A stretch of DNA of 64,000 nucleotides. Source: Rhizophagus irregularis (taxonomy: Eukaryota). The stretch is from positions 1,922,001 to 1,986,000 of the forward strand of contig NC_089432.1 of NCBI RefSeq assembly GCF_026210795.1, given 5' to 3'. The translations under genes were made by a program, and so were the position numbers. Positions 1 to 11,935 of the stretch are shown here, piece by piece (within the stretch, counting starts at the first letter, position 1; every line of letters starts with the position of its first letter). The notes under the pieces were generated by a model. That model saw nothing but the letters and a program-made list of their open reading frames with translations. It searched no databases and had not been told where the DNA came from.

Positions 1-65
1 GGTATCAATTTTAAATCGGGCAATACTTTCTGAGGCAACTGTACAAGAAAGATTTTTCAATGAAT

Positions 66-693
66 CCCTATAAAAAATAAATGTCCAGAAAATATCTACG
101 AAAATATCCGGAAAGTGTCCAGAATAAATCTGGCATGTCCAGAAATTGTCCAGAAAATGTCTATTTTTTGCTACAAATTTGATACCTAAAATTTTGATAT
201 ATCCGGACTTTGTCCAGAATATATCCAGAATTTGTCCAGTATAAAATTTTGGACAAATTCCGGACATAGTAAAAATTCAGATAATTTGAGCTGGACAAAT
301 TCTGGACGCTACTTCCAAAAAAGGATAAATTAATTTTGTAAAAAAATGCAAAAAGCACAAGACTGACATTCATAACCTTCTTTGTCATACTAATTAAATT
401 TGCTGAGCAGGCAAAAATACTATATATATATCTATGATATAAAACTTTAAGTTAAAAGCAATTATAATGATGGTCACCTGTTGATCATCTTTTTGTGCCA
501 AATTTTATGAAAAAATATTTCAGGTCAATTTCCGGACAGATTCTGGACAAAATGAGTGTCCAGAAACGATTGTGTTTTTGGAACAATTTCCGGACATGGT
601 ACCTGGTATTTTCTTGACATTTTCTGGACAATTATTTAGACAAATTTTCTGGACAATTTCTGGACAATTTCTGGACACTTATTTTTTATAGGG
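66..693. mobile_element. Non-autonomous TIR element (MITE) with CCC...GGG ends and 3-bp TSD, inserted in transposase coding sequence
   Basis: Left end ccctataaaaaataaatgtccagaaa matches the reverse complement of the right end tttctggacacttattttttataggg. AAT lies on both sides (63-65, 694-696). Many internal TCCAGAA/CTGGACA subterminal repeats. Confidence 0.85.
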
Positions 694-2133
694 AATAGTC
701 ATTCTTTTTTGGACATTGTAGCAGATGAAGCAATATTTCATAGATTAATTAAATGCAAAGAAAAATGGCCACATATAAGACCGCTTCTAGGTCAGTGGCA
801 TACCTCCAAAGACTTTTGTTCAGTATTAATAGTTCTATTCTTTAGTTATGGATTATTAAGTTTAGCATCATGCCTAGGTGTTCGTTTTTTAGATAAATTT
901 GAGTCTGCAGTTGACTTTAAATCAACAGCACGAGTATTAAACCTTATATGGGTGGCGGTAGGAATAGCAATAAACATATATATTACTGAAAAAGGAATAT
1001 TATTTTCTGAAATAATGAATAGTGATAACATTTGTCTCAAGGTATATATCAAAAAATATGGAAATTTTTAGATAATTTTTAATTTTAATTTTACTTACTA
1101 ATGTCAATCTTTAGATATGGAATTTGTATTATCAATGGGCCGGAATCTGGAAGGCATATTGGATGGGGATTCAGGTTGGAAATTTTGATTTACAACGAGA
1201 TTCTTTATCTGCGGCTGGATCTCTTTATGCAAGTGCTGCAAAATCGAATTACACAACGGCAATCGCACATTTTCTTGCTACAATTGCAGCTCATCCACAA
1301 CTAGAAGAAAAATTACGTTATTGTGGTGCTTTTAAGATTCCATATGATGCTGACAGTGATTCTGAAAATGTGCGTCATGTTTGCTTTGGATTCGATGAAG
1401 CTCTAGAGACATTTGGTGTAAGATTTATTAAAGGAAATATTAGTGGTAATGTTATTGATGAGAAGAACGTTAAAATTCAAATAAAAGCATTGCAAAGTGA
1501 AAGGGAAAGAATAGATCTTTTAATGAGTGAATATCTTGATGATAATTCAATTTCATACAGTGAGAAGGCAATTGAATCATGACAAGAATCCTTGTGGGAA
1601 CTTGTTAATGACCTAATAGTAATATTTGGAATGGATGATCCATTATCTCACCAACTATTTCAAAATTACCCACCCACAGAAATACATCAGGAGGGACTTG
1701 ATCGTCTTATTTTGTGTTATTCTAATGGATTGGAAAGAATCAAAGGAATATACCAGCAGAAAGTCTTAAAAATAGAAAGTAGAGTCACTAAAGGTAGAAG
1801 AGTAGCGGGGTGGTTAGAACAAAAATAAAAGATTACAATAATCAAAAAAAATTAAAAAAACAGTCTATTCCCGATCCTTCACAATCATCACAAAAAAATA
1901 CTGATGAAAATTTGAATGAACAATCTACAGACCATTTATCTGATGCTGCTAAGCCACAACCTAAACAAAAAAAGCATCGAACTACTGATGAAGAGATGAA
2001 AATACTTTCTGTATTAAAAGTATATAAAGATAAATTGCCGGATGATGCTATTGCTTCTGTTTGTAATCAATTGTCAGAAGTTTGGACTAAAAAAAAAGTG
2101 CGAGACTGGTGGAATTATCATAAGGACAAATAA
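694..2133 (+). pseudogene. Academ-like DNA transposase pseudogene (C-terminal part) ending in a homeodomain-like segment
   Basis: Motifs IVADEAIF..LGQWH, GNFDLQRDSL..SNYTTAIAHFL and FDEALE resemble the Academ-type transposase core (recognised by eye). Probable GT-AG intron ~1042-1113, in-frame TGA at 1580-1582, frameshift near 1808. C-terminus KKHRTTDEEMKIL...KKVRDWWNYHK. The 5' part is interrupted by the MITE and runs off the window. Confidence 0.6.
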
Positions 2134-2592
2134 AATGTAATAAAAAAAATATTAAAAACATTTATTTATAAGTTATATGCTTAATTTTACAAAGATCATA
2201 TTGTAATAAAATAAAAATTCCTCAATTACCACAAAAATTACTAATCTAATCACCTTTTAGCGTCTAAGCAACTCGATTGCACGTAAAAAATTACGTATAA
2301 TTGGTAATTTAAAACTGTATTTATTTTTCGTTTAGGGGTTGCATCTGGGGTTAAAGCCAAAAAAATAGGTGAAAGTCGTGTATAATAAAGTTTTTTTTTA
2401 AAGTGTCTTGTTGTAAAAAAAAGTATTGAAATATATAAATCAAAATATAAAAAATAGAAGTTCGTCGAAGTTTGGATATATTACTTGAAAAAAAAATCAC
2501 GTTATATTAGACAGGTATTTCGTGTAACTTATTTGCCGATCAATTTTTAATTAGTGGTTAACACGTGATCTGAAATGACCACCGATTGTTAA

Positions 2593-3245
2593 GCTTTTCC
2601 TGATAAATCAAATTTCAATCCCACATATGATGAAATTAATTCTTTGGAGTATTTAAATTGCGTAATTAAAGAAACTTTAAGAACACGTACTCCATGTATA
2701 TATTTAATTTTAATAATTTTCAAAAAATCAAAGATTTAGTTTTAAACTAAACGATTTTTTACTCTTTTTACCTCAGTACCAACTGCCAGACGAACTAATC
2801 TAAAGGATGGAGTTATCGGGAAATACTATATTCCAAAGGTAGATTTATTGATTTTATACGCATATTTATTTTGGATAATATTTAGTTTTTTTACTAACAT
2901 TTTTTATTATTATTATTATAGAATACTGAAATATTTATTGGGATTTCAGTACTTCAAAGATTAACTGAAATTTGGGGACCAACAGCTGATAATTTTGATC
3001 CAAAAAGATGGTTAGATCCTTCTTTAAGTAAAAATATAATAAATTTAAATTATTTAGTACCTTTTCTTAATGGTGCAAGAGGTTGCATAGGTAATAAAGT
3101 AGCTTTAGCCGAAGCTAAAATATTATTAGGTATGTTAATTAGGAATTTCATTTTTAAACCAATTGAAGGATTTCAAATTAAAAAAAGAGCTTTCCCTATA
3201 CCTAAACCTGATCCATATCTTGGTTTAGCTGTATCTATAAGTTGA
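2593..3245 (+). pseudogene. Cytochrome P450, 3' half (exons ~2593-2695, 2777-2838, 2922-3245); no 5' half adjacent
   Basis: Manual translation gives K-helix KETLR (ExxR), meander FDPKRW and heme-binding FLNGARGCIG (FxxGxRxCxG), with two GT-AG introns. Not in the ORF track because there is no start codon. Confidence 0.88.
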
Positions 3246-3495
3246 ATCTTAAATTTGTTTCTGATTTTTTTTTATTTTATCATTATCTGCTTTCTATATA
3301 TATGTATAAATAAATATAAAATTTATCAACAATCATTTAAACTGCAGCAGCAAAAAACTAAGAGATCTAAACTGGTACTGATAAAGAATATTTTATCAGT
3401 TATGACCGGATATGCCATAAAAAAAAAATACTCAATTTCCTTGATACTCTTTTTGTTGTCAGTTTCTACTCCCTATAATATGCTATACGTATTAC

Positions 3496-3554
3496 TTATC
3501 TCCTGGCTAATTAGGAATAAGTAAAATTTACTATTCCAATTAGCCAGGAGATAA
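3496..3554. repeat. Near-perfect ~59-bp palindrome
   Basis: ttatctcctggctaatt..ggaataagtaaa / tttactattcc..aattagccaggagataa. Confidence 0.7.
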
Positions 3555-5938
3555 TTGATTTATCCCCTGCCATTTACACAATAGTAAGTGTTTTATAGTA
3601 TATCGTGAGTATAATATTTTTTTTGCTTGGTTTTTTTTTCATTTTAAAGATTTTAATAAAATAATTGAATTTTAAAAAGCATCGGAACTATTACTATTAC
3701 ACTTGAAAAATAATATTGAGATTACAAATAAATTAAAAGAAAATTTTTCTCATTTGGAAAATGCAAATCTTTCCGAATTACTCAAATTTTCAAATCAGTC
3801 CCATTATAGTATAATCAATAGTTAATTTTTACCGCAAAATTTCCTAGAAAACGGATAAATAAATACATATAAAATTTACTACCCAGCAGGTATAACTACA
3901 TTTGCATAATCGTGTAAATGGTGCCGATCAGGGATAATAAAGTTTATTTTAAATTGTGCAACATATAAAAATATATGATGGTATGATGTCAAATTGACAA
4001 TACAATGTTTTCATGATTCTAGTTATTCATTTCATAAGAAAACATCGTGACAATTAGGATTTTATTTTTATTTAAAATTACGCCTTAGTTTAAAAATTTT
4101 GTCATTTATTTTAAATAGTTCAAGTCAAAAATTATTATTTTTTAAATAAAAAAAGAGAAAATAGTGTGGCTGATGATTATTTGATATTGTGGCTTAACCA
4201 ATTTTATTTATAATTACTTAAGAGTCCTTTAGTTAAAATTAATAATTTAAGAATAAACCTACGTCAATTGACCAAATATTAGACTATATTTGTAGCTAAT
4301 GATAAATTTTTAGTAATATTGAAATTAAATTTATTAAATTTCTCCAAGAATCTAAAGAAATTATTGCTAGATGGACGATCAAAATTTGTTACTTTTTTAT
4401 ATTACTTAAAACTAAAGCAAAGTTACATATTTTAAATATGAAATAAAATACTCATAAAGCTTAAAATTATAACAGAGTTTAAATACTCTATTGTTTATAT
4501 TTCGCTATACTATTTCAAATAAAAAAAATAGATTATATAAACAAATTACAAATTTTATAAAATTTTTTAACAATTTGCTGTAAAATCCCGATTGCAATTT
4601 TGCCAAAAATATTGTAAATTCATATATAATCCGGTGTGAAGACTGCTAAATACGATGTATTACATTATTTGAAAATTGATCAATCAGGTTATATTTAATT
4701 TTTAATAATGATTTAATTTTATTTTAAAAAAATTATTTATTAAAATTACATAAAGTTTTTGTGCAAAACTTCATAATTGACTAAAAATTACGTTTAGTTT
4801 TTTTTTGATTATTTCGGCCAGTATTTTCTTAAGTGATTTGCTAATTCCGTTGTACTCATCTGACATTTTTTATGTAGTTTACAAAACCTTTAATAATACA
4901 TTTGGCTGAAAGAGTAAAGATTTCATAATGACTCCTTAAACTTTTAGTTAAATAATAATTTATATAATATCTTGTAAGTACATATTCTTTAAAGTCCAAA
5001 AATTCACCTGCTGCGACTAGTACTTTAATCTAAATTCTTTTCTGTTTATCGAACATCCTGATATTGTGTTCGTAATCCTATATCTTAATATAATATAATT
5101 AATATTTAAGTTATTGTGACACAAAGTTTCCACTCTTTATAATATGTTATATTAATACATTTAATTTTAATTTGTAGAGCATGTAGAAAAGTATTTGGCA
5201 AAATTGGAAAAATTTGACGTCATCACCAAGAAAGTCTTTCCTATTGATTTATTCATTTCAAAAAAAAATAAATTATCTTTTTGTACCCGAGTCTGATAGT
5301 CAGATAGAAACCGTCAAAGAAAAATGAAAGACAATGTAATTCTTTTATCTAAATAATCTGTTTGTGTAATAAATAGATCAGTTTAATAAAAGAAATTAGG
5401 AAACAAATTTATATAAAATATAGATTTGGTTTTCTTTATTGATTATAAAATATTGTAACCTTGATATAAATTCTTTATATTTTTTTTAAAAAAATATTGA
5501 GTATCTCTTTAAATATTTACTTCTTTTTATGAATCAATTAATAATAAATTTTATTATTTGTGAGCAGAATTGGCAACAATGATATTTTTTATACAGTACT
5601 TAAAGTAAAAAAACAAACAATGAAATACTAATTATTAATATCAATAATATTTTAAATTATTTACTTTAAATATTTGGATAAAAATATAAAACTTCCATTT
5701 GAACTATAATTATTTGAAACGTACAATATGATTTGAATATAAAAAAGATATTTAAATCTCAGCTGATACAAATTGAATTTAAAATATATAAAAAATCTCT
5801 CATATGATTTTTAATTTTAACAAATGACTGTATATCTGATATATTACTGTAATACTGTTAAATAATTCTTATTTTTATAAAATTATAACTATATAAGAAT
5901 GTTGAAATTTATTTAGTAATTATATTTGAATATACATA

Positions 5939-6135
5939 CAGTGACACCTCTCTAAGTGCACACCCCTTGGGACCATAGTAAAAAAATAGTAGAATGTGCA
6001 CTTAGAGAGGGTGTGCATTTATAGAGAGTAAAATATTAAGAGCTCTTATAAGTTGGGATCAGGTCCACCGTGCACTTAAAGAGAATTTATATAGTGCGTG
6101 CACTTATAGAGGGTGCACTTATAGAGGTGTCACTG
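5939..6135. mobile_element. Tc1/mariner-pogo-type MITE
   Basis: TIRs cagtgacacctct(c/a)taagtgcac.. / ..gtgcacttatagaggtgtcactg, flanked by TA on both sides; internal GTGCACTTA repeats. Confidence 0.9.
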
Positions 6136-6201
6136 TATTTAGATTACATAATATGTTTGAATTACACATAAAAAATTTTATCCCTCTGTAATGCAGATTT
6201 T

Positions 6202-9200
6202 TTATAACAATGACATCAAAGTGAGATTATATTGAGCCATGCTGCTCCCCAAATTTGCTGCCTTTTGAAATAATTCAAATGCTTTCTCCTTATCAATATC
6301 AGTTCCAATTCCATATTGATAACAATCTCCTAAATTATTTATTCCATTTGTATTTCCTAAATCTGCTGCCTTTTGAAATAATTTAAATGCCTTTTCTTTA
6401 TTAATATCAGTTCCAATTCCATTTTTAAAACAAAATCCTAAATTATTTATTCCATTTACATCTTCTAAATCTGCTGTCTTTTGATACAATTTAAATGCTT
6501 TCTCCTTATCAATATCAGTTCCAATTCCATATTTATAACAATCTCCTAAATTATTTATTCCATTTGTATTTCCTAAATCTGCTGCCTTTTGAAATAATTT
6601 AAATGCCTTTTCATTATTAATATCAGTTCCAATTCCATTTCTATAACAAAATCCTAAATTATTTATTCCATTTGCATCTTCTAAATCTGCTGCCTTTTGG
6701 TACAATTTAAATGCTTTCTCCTTATCAATATCAGTTCCAATTCCATATTGATAACAATATCCTAAATTAAATATTCCATATGAACTCCCTAAATTTGCTG
6801 CTTTATGATACAATTTAAATGCTTTCTCCTTATTAATATCAGTTCCAATTCCACATTGATAACAATATCCTAAACTATTCATTCCATTTACATCTTCTAA
6901 ATCTGCTGTCTTTTGATACAATTTAAATGCTTTCTCCTTATCAATATCAGTTTCAATTCCATATTGATAACAATCTCCTAAATTATTTATTCCATTTGTA
7001 TTTCCTAAATCTGCTGCCTTTTGAAATAATTTAAATGCCTTTTCTTTATTAATATCAGTTCCAATTCCATTTTTATAACAAAATCCTAAATTATTTATTC
7101 CATTTGCATCTTCTAAATCTGCTGTCTTTTGGTACAATTTAAATGCTTTTTCCTTATCAATATCAGTTCCAATTCCATGTTGATAACAATATCCTAAATT
7201 AGCTATTCCATATGAATTCCCTAAATTTGCTACTTTATGATACAATTTAAATGCTTTCTCCTTATCAATATCAGTTCCAATTCCATATTGATAACAAATT
7301 CCTAAATTATTTATTCCATTTACATCTTCTAAATCTGCTGTCTTTTGATACAATTTAAATGCTTTCTCCTTATCAATATCAGTTCCAATTCCATATTTAT
7401 AACAATCTCCTAAATTATTTATTCCATTTGTATTTCCTAAATCTGCTGCCTTTTGAAATAATTTAAATGCCTTTTCATTATTAATATCAGTTTCAATTCC
7501 ATTTTTATAACAAAGTCCTAAATTATTTATTCCAAATGCATTTTCTAAATCTTCTGCCCTTTGGTACAATTTAAATGCTTTTTCCTTATCAATATCAGTT
7601 CCAATTCCATGTTGATAACAATATCCTAAATTAGCTATTCCAAATGAATTCCCTAAATTTGCTGTTTTATGATACAATTTAAATGCTTTATTATTATCTA
7701 TATCAGTACCAATTCCATTTTGATAACAATATCCTAAATTATTTATTCCATATGAATTCCCTAAATTTGCTGCTTTTTGATACAATTTAATTGCTTTCTC
7801 CATATCAATATCAGTTCCAATTCCATTTTGATAACAATATCCTAAACAATCTATTCCAGATGAATTTCCCAAATCTGCTACTTTTTGAAATAATTCAAAT
7901 GCCTTATTATCATCTATATAAGTTCTAATTCCCTTCCTGTAATAATCTACTAAATTATTTATTTCATGTGAATTTCTTAAATCTGCTGCTTTTTGATATA
8001 ATTCAAATGCCTTATTATTATCTATATCAGTTCCAATTCCCTTCCTGTAGCAATCTACTAAATTATTTATTCCATATGAATTTCCTAAATCTGCTGCCTT
8101 TTGATATAATTCAATTGCTTTTTCATTATTAATATCAGTTCCAATTCCTTTTTCATAACAACATCCAAGATTATATTGAGCTATAATATTTCCTAAATCT
8201 GCTGCCTTTTGATATAATTCAAATGCCTTTTTATTATTAATATCAGTTCCAATTCCGTTTTTATAACAATATCCTAAATTATTTATTCCATCTGCATTTC
8301 CTAAATCTGCCAGCTTTTGATACAATTTAAATGCTTTCTCCTTATCAATATCAGTTCCAATTCCTTTTTCATAACAACATCCAAGATTATATTGAGCTAT
8401 AATATATCCTAAATCTGCTGCCTTTTGATACAATTTAAATGCTTTCTCCTTATCAATATCAGTTCCAATTCCTTTTTCATAACAACATCCAAGATTATAT
8501 TGAGCTATAATATTTCCTAAATCTGCTGCCTTTCGATATAATTCAAATGCCTTATTTTCATCAACTTCAATCTCAATTCCTAAATAATTAAAATCTCCAA
8601 GTAAAGCAATAGAATTTGAGTAATGTTGATTATTTAATAGCCAAATATATATTTCTTGTGAAGTAATATTATGATTGTTAAGATAATTATAAATGTTTTG
8701 TCTATCTACATTTATCCATATCTTATTAGAAAGTTTAACCATTTCATCAGTTCGTATCATAAAATTATTGTTTAATAACATTAAAGGTTCCATGTCTTCA
8801 GTATTCATTTTGTTAAAATCTTGAATAAATTTGGATAATTCACCATGTGATAAACTTCCAAAGGCATCCAAATTAAGTTGCTGTTTATTTGATAATTGGA
8901 TGTTTGCATGAGAATCATTTAATAAAGAATCCTTTGGTAAAATTTCATTAAAATCTTGGATAAATTTGGATAATTCATCATGTGTTAAACTTTTAAAGGC
9001 ATCCAAATTAAGTTGCTGTTTATTTGATAATTGGATGTTTGTATGAGAATCATTTAATAAAGAATCCTTTAATAAAATTTCATTAAAATCTTGAATAAAT
9101 TTGGATAATTCATCATGTGTTAAACTTTTAAAGGCATCCAAATTAAGTTGCTGTTTATTTGATACTAATTGGATGTTTGTATGAGAATCATTTGACAAAG

Positions 9201-10475
9201 AATCCATTGATGAAGAATCCTCTATAATCATAGTATTCTTACTGTTTTTTAGAATAATTTCATTTAATTTAGAGACTACATGATTGATAGTTGGACGATT
9301 ATCTGGTTCATTATTCCAACAATCTAAAAAATATACATATTAATTAGATTAAATAATAATAAAACAAATCATAAGATTATATACTAATTATATTTACCAG
9401 TATAAATATTTAAATAATCTATAGGTGTATCGGGAATGGGCGTCTCTCTAAAGCCTTGTGATATACTAAGTGCTAAACAAATATCATATGGTTTACCTTC
9501 AGTATAAAAAGGAGGTTTACCACTAGATATCTCCCATAAAAGTACTCCAATACTATAAATATCGCTTTTTTCATTTAATTTATAATCTCCATTACTAAAA
9601 CTTTTTGGGTCAATATAAGGCATTATTCCAAATAATTTTGAAGAACGGAAGTTAGATGATTCTTCAATTCTCTTTGATAGACCAAAATCAGCCAATTTAA
9701 TCATATTTTGATGAACTAATACGTTTTTGGAATGCTAATTTATATTAATAAATAACCATAAATTTATTAATTATTATTCAACAGATATGATAAACTATAA
9801 AATATGAAATTGTAAAATGAAAACAAAATTACCAGATCACGGTGAATAATTTCTTCATCATGTAAGCATAATATAGCACTGGCCAATTGAAATGCCATAT
9901 CAAATTTATTATCCCAGGTAAGATTATCAAAACATTTCTTCAAATATTCTCGAAGAGTACCACCGTCTGCATATTCCATTACTAACCAATATTTTTTTGA
10001 ATTTTCTTTACAAAAAAAAAATTATTTAATTTAGATTATACAGAAAATTATATATGATAAGAAAGCATGTTGTACGTACCTATTGTAACGCCAAAGAAAC
10101 GAATAATATTCTCATGAAAATCCACTTCACGTTGAATTTTAAGCTAAATAGAATTTTAAATTAGAAACATATGAAACATATAAATTATAACGTAAAAAAA
10201 TATTATATTATTACCTCCTTAACGATCTCTTTAATTGTGACGTCGTTGAAATCAGGGAAAGATTTTAATGCCAAATAATTACGAGAACTTTTCCAGTTCG
10301 CACGATAAACTTCCCCAAACCCTCCAAAACCAATTTTTTGTACATTTCTAAAATTATCGAATTCGTAATATTTAAAGTAATTTTTCGCAACAGCTTCTTC
10401 AATCCAATTAACCCACTCATTGTTAGAATTTTCAGTAAATCCTATAGGTATATTAGTTTCAGTGTTATTAGACAT
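6202..10475 (-). CDS. Tyrosine-kinase-like protein kinase with ~22 C-terminal Sel1-like repeats (exons 10475-10215, 10143-10080, 10005-9833, 9734-9398, 9323-6202)
   Basis: Four GT-AG introns join in frame the motifs GFGGFG, ALK, MEYADGG, HRDL|HSKN, DFG, SDIYSIG and CW..EP..RP, followed by 36-aa repeats NLGxCYxxGIGTDIDKEKAFKLYQKAADLG. Confidence 0.92.
6240..8600 (-). repeat. 108-bp coding tandem repeat array (Sel1-like repeats)
   Basis: Recurrent aatatcagttccaattcc every 108 bp. Confidence 0.95.
8813..9192 (-). repeat. ~3x 135-bp coding tandem repeat in the kinase-Sel1 linker
   Basis: NDSHTNIQL(V)SNKQQLNLDAFKSLTHDELSKFIQDFN repeated three times, nearly identical at DNA level. Confidence 0.9.
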
Positions 10476-10904
10476 AATTGACTTATTAACTTTTTATTGA
10501 CGAAGTTAAATAATTAAATAATTTAAATATTTTTTTTTTTAATACAATTTAAAGTTCGCTTATTTATAAGCTACTGGTATCACAAAACGTAATTGTGCAT
10601 GAAAGTAACCTGTCGATCATTTCATAATGATACTTTTATAAACGAGAATATAATTGGTTGATTTGGTTCTTTAAGTGTAATTACATCACTAAAAGATTTG
10701 TTGGCTGACGATTAAAAGCTTAAATCAAAGTTAGTATAAGCGTATTATATAATTAGCTAAATATAGGGGATCAGTAAAAGAAAATCACTCAAAAATCAAT
10801 CTTATATTAACGTTAACGTTAATTAACGTTAAACTGTCCTTTCGTTTTATTCCATGATGACGTTAACGCGTCACCTACCCAAGGGTCATATTACACTTAT
10901 ATAG

Positions 10905-11142
10905 CAGTGTTGGCATTTGGCCGCGGCCAAGAATTTTTTTGGCCGATTTGGCCGGCCAAAATGGCAAAACGGCCAATGGCCAACCCCGGCCAAATTTTGG
11001 CCAAAAAACAAAATACTAATACTTTATTAAGGCTGTATTGGCATTTGGCCGCGGCCAAAGATTTTTTTGGCCAGTTTGGCCGGCCAAACTGGCCAAACGG
11101 CCAAATGGCCAACCCCGGCCAAACGGCCAAGTGCCAACACTG
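10905..11142. mobile_element. GC-rich MITE with CAGTGTTGGCA TIRs (hAT-like ends), apparent 6-bp TSD ATATAG
   Basis: cagtgttggca..tgccaacactg; atatag at 10899-10904 and 11143-11148; interior built of (TT)GGCC(AA) repeats. Confidence 0.85.
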
Positions 11143-11935
11143 ATATAGGATACTTCTTTTGCTAAAAATTATGAGATAAAATTTTGGAAATCATAAGAAA
11201 AAAAGATTATATAAAAAATTAAACAAATAAATTTTTTTTCGTCAGGAATAATTAAACCAAAAAATGATCAACAAGTTGCAGTAATTGGTAGATCATTTTG
11301 TATTAAGTAATTACTAATCACCAATGAATTGATTTTCATTGATTTTTATTTTATTATACTACTAGCAGTTGCCCGTTTCTTCGCACCGGGAGTAGTAGTA
11401 TTACTATATAATATTAACAAACTAACTAAAAAAAAATTTGTTGATACTAAAAAAAAAATTTTTACACGAATTTATTAGTCAGAAACAATATCATTGACAA
11501 AAAAAAATCTCATCAACATCAAAAAATTTGTAGGACATAGTTCTAATTTGATTATAGTTTTGATCCGATCTAAACTAAAAAAGAATAATAATATTCTTTT
11601 GGGTTAAAAAAAAATTCCAAAAATTTTGATAAATTCCGATCCAATAAAAATATAATAAAAAAAGAATAAGAAAAAATTTTGGTTAAAGTTAACCGAAGGG
11701 ATAAAAAATTAATAAAAAAGATTAAAAAGGTAGTTTCAGTTTTTACGGTAAAATCCAATAGAAATGGTTAGTTGTGGTAACTAAGAGAGTGGTAATAACC
11801 GCAATTAATATACTTTTTTTTGTTAGTATTAATTTATTAGAATAAAAACAAATCCAGTTAAAATTTAATTAACCGGAAATGTATCAGTTTAAAGATTTTC
11901 TTAATTAAGATGATATGATAAATACGAAATAGATC

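Noticed and set aside
10897..11143. Overlapping ORFs on both strands
   Set aside because: Products of the GGCC-repeat MITE.
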